Part shown: piece after piece, positions 18,763 through 29,100 of the stretch
Layout: each line of letters starts with the position of its first letter
How positions within the stretch are numbered: position 1 is the first letter of the stretch
NCBI GenBank assembly: GCA_963726255.1
Contig: CAVSBL010000002.1
Coordinates: 1,824,001 to 1,888,000 of the forward strand
Source of the DNA: Candidatus Bathyarchaeota archaeon
Lineage (GTDB): Archaea > Thermoproteota > Bathyarchaeia > 40CM-2-53-6
DNA length: 64,000 nt
Reading direction: 5' to 3'
Translations under genes and position numbers: made by a program
Notes under the pieces: model-generated
What the model was told of the DNA's origin: nothing
What the model saw: only the letters and a program-made list of their open reading frames with translations
The model's database searches: none

Positions 18763-19777
18763 CGACTTCTCTGAAGTCCAAGAGTTTCGTCTGGGCTACG
18801 ACTGGAAGCGCACTCGCCCTAATGCCCAGCCTACGTTCTATCATTGTCGGCAGCACGTCCGTATAACCGGTGAAAACGTACACTTTCTTCGGGTTTACGC
18901 TGCTCACAAACTGGATCAACTGCTCGTAGTCCGCATGGCTGCTCAATGGGAAGGCGGCGTATCGGCGGAAAGCCATCCGCAACGCCCAACCAGTCGCTAC
19001 GGCGCGCGAAGCATTACGCGGCATTCGCTCCGAGCTGGTGGTCACGAAAATGCAGCCGCCCGCTTTCAACGCGTGCTTACCGTCCGCAGTGGAGGAGTCT
19101 AAGTAATCGAGTGGGAGGCCGTTCTGGTCATGGGCACTGTTGGCGCGGGCTATGCCGACACTGCAGACGACGGGAACCTTCGTGTACACGTTGAACAAGC
19201 GAACTAGGTCTTGTGGTTTTCCGGAAGAGTAGACTTGGAAGGTTGGAACTTTTCCTTCCTTCAGTTCAGTCGTGGTCCATCTAATGATGTCAGCGTAGAT
19301 TGTGCTCCGTTTCGGAAAAACGTACGACGGATGCCCATATGTTGCTTCAATAACTAAGTAATCGCATGACTTAGCCTCAGCCGCGCGCGTTGTCAACGTA
19401 TCCACACAATTAATGTCCCCCGTGTAAACGGCCGTGAACTCAGGAGTGATGACTTCGAATTGGCAGGAACCTAACATATGGCCGGCGTCAAGGGCTCTGA
19501 CTTCAACACCATCGAAGTGAATTGAGTCGCCAATTTTCAAGGTATGTGCGTTCTTAACTTGGCGGTTTTGAAGCGATTCGAAAATTCGAAGCGTCTCAGG
19601 CGTAGAATGCTTCTTGGCGGGTGTGGTGAAGCCGTACGTGTGGTCAGAGTGCGCGTGGGTTACGAACACGTCCCAACCGTCGCCTAACGGCCTGCCGCTC
19701 GTAGGGTCGAAAATCAAACGTGAGGGTCCAGTATTGAAGGATATTCCGTTGGCCCACCCGATTCTTTCCTGCCGCAA
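18755..19777 (-). CDS. MBL-fold (beta-CASP-like) nuclease, RNA processing type
   Basis: THAHSDH, AGHMLGS, YTGD, EATYG, LSSHAD. Confidence 0.88.
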   Translation of the reverse strand: MRQERIGWANGISFNTGPSRLIFDPTSGRPLGDGWDVFVTHAHSDHTYGFTTPAKKHSTPETLRIFESLQNRQVKNAHTLKIGDSIHFDGVEVRALDAGHMLGSCQFEVITPEFTAVYTGDINCVDTLTTRAAEAKSCDYLVIEATYGHPSYVFPKRSTIYADIIRWTTTELKEGKVPTFQVYSSGKPQDLVRLFNVYTKVPVVCSVGIARANSAHDQNGLPLDYLDSSTADGKHALKAGGCIFVTTSSERMPRNASRAVATGWALRMAFRRYAAFPLSSHADYEQLIQFVSSVNPKKVYVFTGYTDVLPTMIERRLGIRASALPVVAQTKLLDFREVAT

Positions 19778-20047
19778 GGACAGCTTCGCTCTTGACTCAA
19801 CGCTTCAACGCTACGCCAACTTCTGGGCGATACGGCTTCTTCCCCGAATGTGTCTATTAGCGCTTTGTCCGCTCTCTTCAAATCTTAGCCGATGATTCGC
19901 GCGTTCCTTCGTGGAGCCGTCTCATCACATGACAATGGATGTGACCTAAAGCTTGGACAGGTGGGTGAAGACGCATCTTGAGAATGCACTCTATGCATCG
20001 GTCGGCTATGCGATGATTTGAATGCACCAACGCCGGGCGTTCTTTTC

Positions 20048-21604
20048 TCATTTCGTTAGCGTTCTCTTCCTCAGGTAGGCTCGCCAGGTCATGGCTAACT
20101 TCGCAGGGTCTTCTAGGTTGGCGTCGGGTATTCTAGCGATCGAGGAATTGTGAGGGGCGGTCTTCACTAGTTCTGGATTTGAGTACGCTTCCTTGGAGAT
20201 TTCGGCTAATACTGCAACCCAATAGTCAATGTCCGCCTTCGAATATGTCTCGCAGGGTTCCGGAGTGAAGGGTTCAGGCACGACCCAGGGATGGTGGCTA
20301 AGCCAATAGGATTGGACGCCATAGTCTACGACCCTACGTATGACGTCTTGGGCTCCAACTCCCGTTTCTTCGCGTAGCTTCTCTAGGCTGTACCTGATTT
20401 GGTCGAGGCGCCTATTCGTTTTGTATGGTTTGGTTACGCCTGTAACTGTGAGTAGTTTCTTCTCAAGGTAGTTGTTATTTATCATGGAGATTTCTGCCAC
20501 TTCCCTTAATCCGTCTGCCCCCATGCTCATTGCCCAAGCGTAAGCCCTCAACACGATCTGGACATTGCCATAGAAGTCGCGGACTTTGCCGATGCTGTGG
20601 GGCCTATCATAATCAAGGTGGTACCTATCTCCATCGAAGGTTACCACAGGAACTGGAAGGAATTTTGCTAATTCCTGTTTGACACCAACGGCTCCGCATG
20701 CGGGCCCGTAAGACCCGTGCGGCGATGAGAATGTTTTGTGAAGGTTGAAGAAGCACATGTCGAACCCGGACTCTTTAGCCCTTGAGACGCCCAACAGAGC
20801 GTTTGCGTTTGCTTGGTCGTACGCGCACAGACCGCCTGCCTCGTGCACCATCTTGGTCCACTCGTCAATCTCGGGGTTGAAGATCCCTGTGTCCTCAGGG
20901 TTTGTGGTCATCAGCCCAGCTGTATGCTTGGAAACTGCAGCCTTCAGCGACTCCGTATTCGGAAACCCGGTTTCCCCATCGGGGTAGAGTGTTATGACCT
21001 TGAACCCCGCGGTTGCTGCGGTCGCGGCGCTGCTGGGGTGAGAGAAGATAGTCGTGATTATTTCGTCCCGCTGTCCAAGTTCACCATTCAACTCGTGGAA
21101 TTTTCTAATTATGCATGCGTTGGTATAGGCAGCTTCGTTGCCGCCTCCAGCATGGAAGACAAACTCGTCCAACCCGGAGATTTCTCTCAGGAAGACATAC
21201 CCAAACTCGTAAACGATCTTCAAAACGCCCTGAATCGTTTCTTCATCCTGAAGCGGATGGATTTCGGCAAGTTCTTTCACTAGATCTTCGTTGACCTTGG
21301 GGCTGTATTTCATCGTGCACGTTCCTTCTCCTAAGTCGATGTTGAAATCCATTCCAAGCGTCTGCTGGGAAAGGCGCAGGTAGTGTCTCAGAACGTGGGG
21401 CTGGGAGAGTTCAGGTAGGCTAGGCGGCTGTTTCCTTCGCATGGTGGTTGGAACAAACGCCATGGCATCGCCGACCGCGGCCCTAACCTCTTCTTCAACT
21501 TCTGGGATGCGGATCCCTCTTTCCCCTTTGCGTCCCATCGACATTATGACGGGTTCGCTCCATACTGGTGCGTGGTATCTTCTCGGGGATTCCTGAGCTT
21601 TCAT
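20048..21604 (-). CDS. gcvPB: Glycine dehydrogenase (decarboxylating) subunit 2
   Basis: GTCTMKYSPK, PLP motif NLHKTFSSPHG. Confidence 0.9.
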   Translation of the reverse strand: MKAQESPRRYHAPVWSEPVIMSMGRKGERGIRIPEVEEEVRAAVGDAMAFVPTTMRRKQPPSLPELSQPHVLRHYLRLSQQTLGMDFNIDLGEGTCTMKYSPKVNEDLVKELAEIHPLQDEETIQGVLKIVYEFGYVFLREISGLDEFVFHAGGGNEAAYTNACIIRKFHELNGELGQRDEIITTIFSHPSSAATAATAGFKVITLYPDGETGFPNTESLKAAVSKHTAGLMTTNPEDTGIFNPEIDEWTKMVHEAGGLCAYDQANANALLGVSRAKESGFDMCFFNLHKTFSSPHGSYGPACGAVGVKQELAKFLPVPVVTFDGDRYHLDYDRPHSIGKVRDFYGNVQIVLRAYAWAMSMGADGLREVAEISMINNNYLEKKLLTVTGVTKPYKTNRRLDQIRYSLEKLREETGVGAQDVIRRVVDYGVQSYWLSHHPWVVPEPFTPEPCETYSKADIDYWVAVLAEISKEAYSNPELVKTAPHNSSIARIPDANLEDPAKLAMTWRAYLRKRTLTK

Positions 21605-23010
21605 TTTGATACCTCCTTCAACGCGTCGACAAGTCTCAGTATGTCGTCTTTTGTATGGGTCTCAGTGACGCAGTACAAGCTGCTGTTTCCGAGTTCTGGA
21701 AATTCCCGGAAGATGTCTTTTCCTCCGAAGATTCCTCGTTTCAACAATTGTCTGTTTACTTCAGAAACGCGCGTTTTGCTGTCGAATGTTACCACGAATT
21801 CCTTGAAGAAGGTTTGAAATGGGATCTTGACGCCCTTTACTTCAGCCAACTTTCGGGCCGCGTAATGCGATTTCCGCAATATCGTCTCTCCGAGTTCCTT
21901 CATACCCGCGGGACCCATGAGCGCCAGGTAGACTGCGCTAACTATCGTCCACAGCCCAGCGGCCGTTCCAACCCAGTCTTTCGCTTTATCTCTACCAATG
22001 TACGAGGTTCTCTCGGCCATGCAATAGGCGAATGCGCATTCGCCTCGTACGGTTTCAGTAATGGTGACTAGGTGTGAGGGATGTTCGCCAACGAACTTCT
22101 TTTCGTCGGGGCAGGCTAGAAAACCTGCAAGGCTACCGCCACAAAACATGTGGTTGCCGAGGGGTTGAATCTCACCGCAGACAATATCCGCGCCATAATC
22201 CGAGGGAGGCGAAAGCACACCCAAGGAAATGGGGTCTACGCCAACTATACATTCGGCACCGCTTTCATGGGCAGTCTTCGAGATTTCCTGGCCGTTGGCT
22301 TCGATAACCCCGAGGTATGACGGGTTCTCGAAGTAAACGCCCGCTGTCTTAGACGAAATTTCTCTCCTGAGGTGGTTGAGGTCGAGCATGCCGGTCTTGG
22401 GATCGTTGCTGATTGTTTTGACGTCGATGTGGTTTGGCATTGCTGCCGGGCCGCAAAAGTTGCGTATTATTGCGAATCGGTCTGGGCTTATGGTGCGTGA
22501 GACGAGAACCTCTCTTCTGCCCGTTATCCTTGACGCCATTCTAATCGCGTTTCCGGCTGAGGCGCCCCAATCGTATGTGGGAAGGCCGACTACATCCATT
22601 CCCACCAGTTCCCCAATCATACTCTGAAACTCGAAGAATGCTTGATGCTTGCCTAAGTCTGAGTATTCGTCGCCGCCATAGGCGGTCAGAAATTCCGCTC
22701 TTCGAGCAATCTCATCGCAGACGGCTGGCACATAATGCTTCCAGCAACCTGCCCCAAGAAAACTCAGGTTCTTGTTGCAATCGATGTTTCTCGATAAGAT
22801 TTGTTCCACATGCCGTCTTAGGTCGGCTTCTGCGGCGAGGGGCTTCGGGAGGTTCATTCGGTGTTTGAGCCTTAGCCTGTCGGGAATTATTTGAGCGTAG
22901 AGTGCCTCACTGTTCTCCACCCCGATTTCTTTGAGCATCTCCTGCTTTACTTCAGAAACGGAGTTGGGCATGTACGGATGGGCGCTGTGTTCGGTCAGTC
23001 TGAACACCAA
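21601..23010 (-). CDS. gcvPA: Glycine dehydrogenase (decarboxylating) subunit 1
   Basis: HPYMPNS, SFLGAGCWKHYVP, FEFQSMI, LYCVTETHT. Confidence 0.9.
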   Translation of the reverse strand: MVFRLTEHSAHPYMPNSVSEVKQEMLKEIGVENSEALYAQIIPDRLRLKHRMNLPKPLAAEADLRRHVEQILSRNIDCNKNLSFLGAGCWKHYVPAVCDEIARRAEFLTAYGGDEYSDLGKHQAFFEFQSMIGELVGMDVVGLPTYDWGASAGNAIRMASRITGRREVLVSRTISPDRFAIIRNFCGPAAMPNHIDVKTISNDPKTGMLDLNHLRREISSKTAGVYFENPSYLGVIEANGQEISKTAHESGAECIVGVDPISLGVLSPPSDYGADIVCGEIQPLGNHMFCGGSLAGFLACPDEKKFVGEHPSHLVTITETVRGECAFAYCMAERTSYIGRDKAKDWVGTAAGLWTIVSAVYLALMGPAGMKELGETILRKSHYAARKLAEVKGVKIPFQTFFKEFVVTFDSKTRVSEVNRQLLKRGIFGGKDIFREFPELGNSSLYCVTETHTKDDILRLVDALKEVSK

Positions 23011-23033
23011 GTGTTGAAGGCGGTGGATTCCTC

Positions 23034-24182
23034 TTAACTGTCGCGCACATATGGTTCTGACGGGTTTGATATCCTATATATTACGCTGCGGCCGTAGCCA
23101 GTTAGAATTCTGGTGTAGCCGCTCAGTTCGGCGTCGAGCTCGGGATCACCTGTATCGACCAGTAGAGGTGCGCCTTTCAGGGAGGCAAGCTTGTTTGGTG
23201 TGGCGACGATGATTATGTTCTCCTTGCCGACGCGCCTGATGATTTGAGGGCTGATTTGCTGGTTGCCCCGACCGAAAATGAACCCCTGCCCACCAATGAC
23301 CGTGACAATTATCTTCGCTTTTCTTCTCTCTTCCAACAGTTCCAAGAGTTTGGCTTCATTCGCGTCCGAAGCAGCCAGCTTTCGGTTTAGGACTGCGTCG
23401 ACGCCGAGGAGAGTTTTCTTCAACCCAAGCTTGTCCATGATGGGTTTCGTCGTTGTCCCCGGCCCGAGGACGTAGAGGCAATCTTGTTGCATGTTCTCTA
23501 CAATGTCGGTTGCGATATCAATTAGCGAAGAATCCTCCGTGGTGGGGCTGCTCCCCTTTGCACTCTGAACGAGCGCCCTATCAAAGGGGACCTTCATGTA
23601 TCCGTAAAGCTTCGCTGAAACCCGGTTCTCCCTGAAGGCTGCTTCGTCTATGTCCATGACCTCCATATCCCGGAGTTGCATTGGTTGGCGCAACAGAAAG
23701 TTAGCGGCCAAATCGCCTGCGCTTCTCGGGTTCACCGCGAACACAGCGGAATGAATCTTGACTCCCGCAGGGATCCCTATCACAGGAACCTTGAGGTGAA
23801 CTACATCGCAAAGGTCCCTTGCAGTTCCATCGCCGCCGGCGAAGAGGATTAGGTCAACCTTTAGGCCCAGCATTTCGCGAGCTGCGCTCTTTGTATCGTC
23901 TGAACTTGTTTTCCCTTTGGCTATCGAACCTATCACACGTGGGTTGAATCCGGTGACCCTCGCTTCGTCTTCTCCCATCTCGGCGGGATACGTAACCAAT
24001 TCCAAAGAATCCCTGATCCTGAGGATTCTCTGAAGCGCTTCAATCGATCTAGTCGGAGATGTTGGGGTCGCTCCAAGCTCTATTGCCTTCTGAAGGACAG
24101 TTAGGCCGTCGCTTCCTTTCAGCCCCACTTTGCCCCCCATTCCCGCGATCGGGTTCACGATAAAACCTAGAAGCTTTTTCAT
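23034..24182 (-). CDS. ATP-NAD kinase family protein
   Basis: IVNPIAGMGG, GGDGTARD, IPAGVKIHS, GGQGFIFGRGNQQ. Confidence 0.85.
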   Translation of the reverse strand: MKKLLGFIVNPIAGMGGKVGLKGSDGLTVLQKAIELGATPTSPTRSIEALQRILRIRDSLELVTYPAEMGEDEARVTGFNPRVIGSIAKGKTSSDDTKSAAREMLGLKVDLILFAGGDGTARDLCDVVHLKVPVIGIPAGVKIHSAVFAVNPRSAGDLAANFLLRQPMQLRDMEVMDIDEAAFRENRVSAKLYGYMKVPFDRALVQSAKGSSPTTEDSSLIDIATDIVENMQQDCLYVLGPGTTTKPIMDKLGLKKTLLGVDAVLNRKLAASDANEAKLLELLEERRKAKIIVTVIGGQGFIFGRGNQQISPQIIRRVGKENIIIVATPNKLASLKGAPLLVDTGDPELDAELSGYTRILTGYGRSVIYRISNPSEPYVRDS

Positions 24183-24538
24183 TGGCTGAACCTCGGAGCG
24201 TTGTCGCGGCTGCATTAGTATCCGCTCGCAGCGCCTACCTCTAATGAACGTAGTCTGCGTTTATCAGGCGTGACTCTCGCAAATTGATATGATAGTGCAG
24301 TTTTGCGAAGTGCTGTCACTTCGTTGCATGAACAGTAGACCGTAAACTGGCGTTGGAAAATCACGATTTGAGGTAAAAAGCCTTGAATACCATAAGACAT
24401 CTTGAATCGAAATCACCTAATCCTAATGAGTACGAGCATCCAAATTTGAAACGTCGTGAAGAGGCATTTTTCATGTGTGACTCCCCGGGGACTCATGGTC
24501 AAAACGGACCTAGTTCGGAAAAATCCTCGCGCGGGCAG

Positions 24539-25162
24539 ATGAGATTGCTGCCGAGGGAACACGGCGCAACCGCGATCTGGTTCTCCTCGGTGTTGCTCGC
24601 CTTTGGAATGCTCCGGGAGCCGCCATGGACCCCTGGTGCCGTTGTTTTCCTAGCAGCCTGCGTACTCGCGCTGGTCCTCATAGGACGGCTCACCAGCGGC
24701 TCTATAGTCGTCGTCCGCTTGGAGCGGAATCGAACTCTGCTCCCGGTTCTTTCTGGTCTCCTGACCTTGATCGTCCCGTTAGGGCAGATAATCATGGTCG
24801 GACAGCTCTCCCTTCCAGTCCTTGCCGCCTGGCTCATCTTCCTGACTTATTGTTCATCAGGAGTGGTGTACACGCGAGACTTGGTTCGTTCGGTGCTGAA
24901 GGAGGTGTCACCCACGTGGACCAGCTTCAATCTCTCCGTAGTCTTCATTGTTTCCGAGGTTGTCACACTAAACGCTGTCAACTGGCTTTCCATCGCCACC
25001 GTAGCCATCATTGTGCCGTTGACCGTTTACCGCGTCGTCGTTCTGTCGCTAATTCAACGAAAAAGTTCCTCTAAGATAGAACGTATTCGCGGAGTGGGCT
25101 TCGCGCAGACCGGGAACCTGATAGCCGCGACCATTATCCTCGCCTTGGTTTCGAAACTCTGA
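24539..25162 (+). CDS. YwiC-like membrane protein
   Basis: N-terminal LPREHGA motif and several TM helices; likely ATG at 24539. Confidence 0.65.
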   Translation: MRLLPREHGATAIWFSSVLLAFGMLREPPWTPGAVVFLAACVLALVLIGRLTSGSIVVVRLERNRTLLPVLSGLLTLIVPLGQIIMVGQLSLPVLAAWLIFLTYCSSGVVYTRDLVRSVLKEVSPTWTSFNLSVVFIVSEVVTLNAVNWLSIATVAIIVPLTVYRVVVLSLIQRKSSSKIERIRGVGFAQTGNLIAATIILALVSKL

Positions 25163-25264
25163 AACAGCCCCTACGCCGACTCCCCTACGAAGCTCGCAAG
25201 AATAGGCTCAGCATGAGTGTGCTTGAGGTGAGCGTGTCCGGACCGTCGTCGGTTCGTTCTAAAA

Positions 25265-25291
25265 GTGTGTGTGCGCACCATTAGACCCACA
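25265..25291 (+). repeat. Isolated copy J of the cassette-boundary site
   Basis: GTGTGTGTGCGCA-CCATTA-GACCCACA. Confidence 0.85.
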
Positions 25292-25374
25292 GTGAAAGTC
25301 ATAAACTATTTACGGAAAATAGGTGTAGAAAAATGGGGGTAACTGGGAGTGTATGTCCCAAGTTACTTTCGGCT

Positions 25375-25545
25375 TTATGCCTTAACGTTAGGCTGGTACG
25401 CGAATAGTGTTTCGCTTCTCCAGATGCCATCGGTATGGCCTAGTTGTTCGACCGTAGATTTCATGAGTCGCTCATAGTTCTGAGCCTGGAAGTCTCTGGT
25501 TGATTGGTCTTCTCTCGGCCAAGGGACTCCTTGCACTTCTTAGCC
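25375..25545 (-). pseudogene. Decayed Lrp/AsnC ligand-binding-domain fragment
   Basis: Minus strand reads ...FQAQNYERLMKSTVEQLGHTDGIWRSETLFAYQPNVKA*; the upstream part is degenerate. Confidence 0.4.
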
Positions 25546-25600
25546 AATCGATCTTAGGGACAACTGATGATGGGTCGTTGCGGGGACTAATCTCTGCCGT

Positions 25601-26179
25601 TTAGGGGTGACCGTACTTTACGGTTAGAAGTTCCCGTTTGGTGAGGCGTCGTTTCTTCACTTTCCCGGGCTTGGGTGAGACGATTGCGCTGTTGCCGAAG
25701 GGGTCCTTGAGTGTAAGCGTGAAGTGGGGCTTCTCCTTAGCCAGGCGAAATTGCTTGAGCATCTTCTCGCCCTTTGCGAGGCGTTTCCTTGTTGCCGTTG
25801 AGAGCATCATGGTCAACGCGTCTTGAATTCGGTCCAGGATGCCTTCAACGTTTGAAATGTAACCTTCACTATACGGGCCAGGCGTTATGGTCGCCCCGAA
25901 CTCTGGAATACTCACCGTCGCCGTCCCTGATTTTATGACGTGCATGTTCAAGTCTTCAACCGAACTAATTTTAGCGGTTAGGGCAATGGGTTCACGTTCC
26001 GTCAGCGTCATTACGTCCGTATGTCTGTAGCCGCATTTCTCGCAAGTGACTACGCTCATGAGGACGGAGCCAAAATGTTCTACCTCATATTCCGTCTGGG
26101 TGGTGAGCATGGATTCAGTGTCGCAGCTAGGGCACCGCAGGGTGGCGGTGCGTACGTCGATGGGAGCAGTCAAGGCCAA
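25601..26179 (-). CDS. ZPR1 zinc-finger domain protein
   Basis: CPSC..CEKCGYR, ITPGPYSEGYISNVEGIL, DPFGNSAI. Confidence 0.92.
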   Translation of the reverse strand: MALTAPIDVRTATLRCPSCDTESMLTTQTEYEVEHFGSVLMSVVTCEKCGYRHTDVMTLTEREPIALTAKISSVEDLNMHVIKSGTATVSIPEFGATITPGPYSEGYISNVEGILDRIQDALTMMLSTATRKRLAKGEKMLKQFRLAKEKPHFTLTLKDPFGNSAIVSPKPGKVKKRRLTKRELLTVKYGHP

Positions 26180-26233
26180 CTTTCTCCTCCGTACGTCTTG
26201 GTTGCATATGAAGATTGGACGGGGGCGAGATTA

Positions 26234-26253
26234 GCCAGAGTTTCACCCGAAAA
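26234..26253 (+). promoter_or_regulatory. Candidate operator copy 1
   Basis: GCCAGAGTTTCACCCGAAAA; similar to 29101-29120 and to the reverse complement of 26583-26602. Confidence 0.45.
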
Positions 26254-26316
26254 TTGGGCGCTTGACGTTTTATCTATTAAACTAGAGTAAATGACTGGGC
26301 TGAGGTTGAGCTGGGA

Positions 26317-26622
26317 ATGTCGAGCGCCGTCCGCCGGATCCTTTGGTGGGTGATTACGGGGAACCGGGGCGGAGCGAACCGTGCGCGAATCATACTCACA
26401 CTCAAGGCTCAGCCATTAAACGCGAATCAACTTGCCCAGACGTTAGGGATGGATTACAAGACCGTACGCCACCACCTCAGCATTCTTAGGCGGAACAGGC
26501 TCGTTCTTGAGGTTGGGCAAGGTTACGGTTCCATGTATTTTCTTTCGCCCGAACTGGAGCAGAATTATGAGGAGTTCGTTAAGATTCGGGAGAAAATTGG
26601 GCCAAAGCAGATAACGCCTTGA
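26317..26622 (+). CDS. ArsR-like winged-helix transcriptional regulator
   Basis: LWWVITGNRGGANRARII, NANQLAQTLGMDYKTVRHHL. Confidence 0.88.
   Translation: MSSAVRRILWWVITGNRGGANRARIILTLKAQPLNANQLAQTLGMDYKTVRHHLSILRRNRLVLEVGQGYGSMYFLSPELEQNYEEFVKIREKIGPKQITP
26583..26602 (-). promoter_or_regulatory. Candidate operator copy 2 (inside the 3' end of the wHTH gene)
   Basis: minus strand GCCCAATTTTCTCCCGAATC. Confidence 0.4.
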
Positions 26623-26647
26623 ACATGGAAAGGAGGCGTGGCAGAGC

Positions 26648-26935
26648 ATGGCACATATGATGCTTCAGGCCGCAGCCATATTCTCCCTAGCGAACATTCT
26701 GCTCCTCATCGGTCTGATTATCGTATACGGTAGTAGTTTCAGGAAAATCAAGGCCGCGTTTACTGCGGGGTTGTTGTTTTTCGCTGGGGTTTTTCTCTTG
26801 CAGAACTTGGTTGCCTTCTACTCGTACGTTGCTATGTTCATGTACTATGCTTCGGCCGTGGAGATGTTTGTGATGGTGATTACGGTTGCGCAGACGGCTG
26901 GGTTGGCGGTGCTCCTCTGGATGAGCCTCCGTTAG
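26648..26935 (+). CDS. Small 3-TM membrane protein downstream of the wHTH gene
   Basis: Hydrophobic 95-aa ORF; GGAGG RBS-like sequence upstream. Confidence 0.8.
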   Translation: MAHMMLQAAAIFSLANILLLIGLIIVYGSSFRKIKAAFTAGLLFFAGVFLLQNLVAFYSYVAMFMYYASAVEMFVMVITVAQTAGLAVLLWMSLR

Positions 26936-26959
26936 CGAGCGTGGAGGGATGGTTGAGAG

Positions 26960-27358
26960 ATGGTAGAGAAAGTTGTGAAGAGTGAGGAGGAATGGAAGAG
27001 CCAACTTACCCCGGAACAGTTTCACGTCGCCCGCAAGAAGGGAACCGAGCGAGCCTTCACGGGCGCGTACTGGGATAATCACGAGAAGGGGGTCTACCAG
27101 TGTGTTTGCTGCGGTAGCGACCTGTTCAGTTCGGAGACGAAGTTTGATTCGAGAACCGGGTGGCCCAGCTTCGCTGCCCCCATCGACGAGAGGAACATCC
27201 AAGCGGAAACCGACCGCAGCTTCTTCATGAAGCGCACCGAAGTCGTATGCAACCGGTGCGACGCCCACTTAGGCCACGTCTTCGACGACGGCCCCGCACC
27301 TACCGGCCTCCGCTACTGCATCAACTCTGTTTCCTTGAAATTCTCGAAAGCGAAATGA
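26960..27358 (+). CDS. msrB: Peptide-methionine (R)-S-oxide reductase
   Basis: [29 protein letters not shown]. Confidence 0.97.
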   Translation: MVEKVVKSEEEWKSQLTPEQFHVARKKGTERAFTGAYWDNHEKGVYQCVCCGSDLFSSETKFDSRTGWPSFAAPIDERNIQAETDRSFFMKRTEVVCNRCDAHLGHVFDDGPAPTGLRYCINSVSLKFSKAK

Positions 27359-27399
27359 AACCTTAGCCAGGGCGGAAGGCGAGTTTTCGCTCAGGGCAA

Positions 27400-29040
27400 T
27401 TATGCGACCGTGACCTGGGAGGTGGAGTATCCTGAGGCGCCGTTTGGGAAGGGCTGGACAGCTGCGGGGTCTTGGAGTTGGCCTTTCCCGTCGGTTGCCC
27501 TGACGATTATGTTGGCGGTTCCGGTGGTTGTTGGCGTCCACTGGTAAGCCCAGAGAACCCAGGAGTAAGGCGAGCCCGGCGTCTTCAGCTTTGCCTCGTT
27601 CCAAGTGTTGCCGCCATCCACGCTAACCTCAACCTTGCCTATGCCTCGGTCGCCGGCAAACGCAACCCCGGCTATGGGTGTTGGTCCATGAACCTGTGCG
27701 TTGGGTGTGGGGTAGTAGATGATGGATGTTGTCTTGATGCGGGCATCATTCGACCACCCGCGCTCCTGCCAGTACCCTAGGTACACTTGATCCGAAACCT
27801 GAATCGAAGTTATCCACTTCGCATTCATCATCCCATAAATCCCCGGCACAATCGCACGCAACGGGAACCCGTGCTCGGTAGGAAGCATGACGTCATTCAT
27901 CTTGTACGCTAGAAGGGCGCCGGGCTCTAAGGCACGTTCGATTGGTATGCCAACCGTGTACCCGTCCGCGCACCGGAAAACAACGTAATTAGAATTGGAT
28001 TGCAAACCAGCTTGGTTTAGCAGCGTGGCTAGGGGTACGCCGGTCCACTTGGCGTTGCTGATGAGCCCGCCGGGCGGGGTTATGGTGTTGCTGACGCATT
28101 CAAGCGTCGCGTACTCGTCGGCCGTGGGCAATTGCAGCAGGGAATTCTTGTCAAGCGTTACTGGGTTCTTCACTTTCCCGCCAACATCCAACGACCATTT
28201 ATCGAAGTCCAGCTGCGGGGGAATCGGGTTTATGTCCACACGGTAGAAGACGCGGTTGTCGGTGACTTCTGAGGCGACTAGGTCGCTGATTCTTGGGTCA
28301 CTGAAAACATCCCCCACGCCACTAGTTACGGTGCTCGTAGCCGCTGTTGTCGTTTGCCCTGCGCTGGGGTTGATTGGGACCGCCGTCCCGCTTGTAACGA
28401 CTGGTTGGTTCTCGAAAATGGAAAGTCCAACCCTAGCCGCAACCCCCGCCAACACCAAGACAGCCGCAGCGATCACAGCCTTCTTCAAAATCCCACGCCG
28501 CGCCGAAGCCACCACAGCCATAGGTGCCTGCTTCGCAGCGGGAACGGGCGGGGCAATTGTGGTGTAATTGATGAGTGTCTTAGCGAAGATCAAGTTGACT
28601 GCGACAGCGAGAACGCCAGCGAGAACCCAGCCGTATAGGGATGATATCGCTGGGAACGCGTTAGCTAGGTCTAGTTGAAGGCCGAGGCTGATTGCGGTTG
28701 GCACCCCAACGCCAAGAAGCGTTGCTTGCTTGGCTTTACCCTGCAAATTACCTTTGAACAGGAAGGCTAGGCCTACAGCGATCAACCCGTACATTACAGC
28801 GTACATGGCCGAGGAGGCTACGAAGGCCGAATACTTGGCGTACTCACGAAACGTATCAACCATAAACGATTGAATGGACCCTGGCACCGGAGCAATTAGC
28901 ACTTGAAATATGGCTAGGGGTGGAAACGGGAACATAAGAAGTTCAGTACCCACGTAAAGTATCAACGTGGCAAGAATGCCGCCGAACAGGCCACCAATAA
29001 AGAACCTCTTCAACCTCAATTTCTTAAACGAGTTGCTCAA
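27400..29040 (-). CDS. Membrane-anchored molybdopterin oxidoreductase (sulfite oxidase/MsrP superfamily)
   Basis: TLECVSN Mo-Cys, EHGFPLRAIVPGIYGMMNAKW, YWQERGW; N-terminal TMs and an internal RR motif (SARRGILKK). Confidence 0.88.
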   Translation of the reverse strand: MSNSFKKLRLKRFFIGGLFGGILATLILYVGTELLMFPFPPLAIFQVLIAPVPGSIQSFMVDTFREYAKYSAFVASSAMYAVMYGLIAVGLAFLFKGNLQGKAKQATLLGVGVPTAISLGLQLDLANAFPAISSLYGWVLAGVLAVAVNLIFAKTLINYTTIAPPVPAAKQAPMAVVASARRGILKKAVIAAAVLVLAGVAARVGLSIFENQPVVTSGTAVPINPSAGQTTTAATSTVTSGVGDVFSDPRISDLVASEVTDNRVFYRVDINPIPPQLDFDKWSLDVGGKVKNPVTLDKNSLLQLPTADEYATLECVSNTITPPGGLISNAKWTGVPLATLLNQAGLQSNSNYVVFRCADGYTVGIPIERALEPGALLAYKMNDVMLPTEHGFPLRAIVPGIYGMMNAKWITSIQVSDQVYLGYWQERGWSNDARIKTTSIIYYPTPNAQVHGPTPIAGVAFAGDRGIGKVEVSVDGGNTWNEAKLKTPGSPYSWVLWAYQWTPTTTGTANIIVRATDGKGQLQDPAAVQPFPNGASGYSTSQVTVA

Positions 29041-29100
29041 TCGCTACCATCCTACGCATGTCTGCGAGCCTTCGCGCTGAATCATCCCTAATCAACTTAT

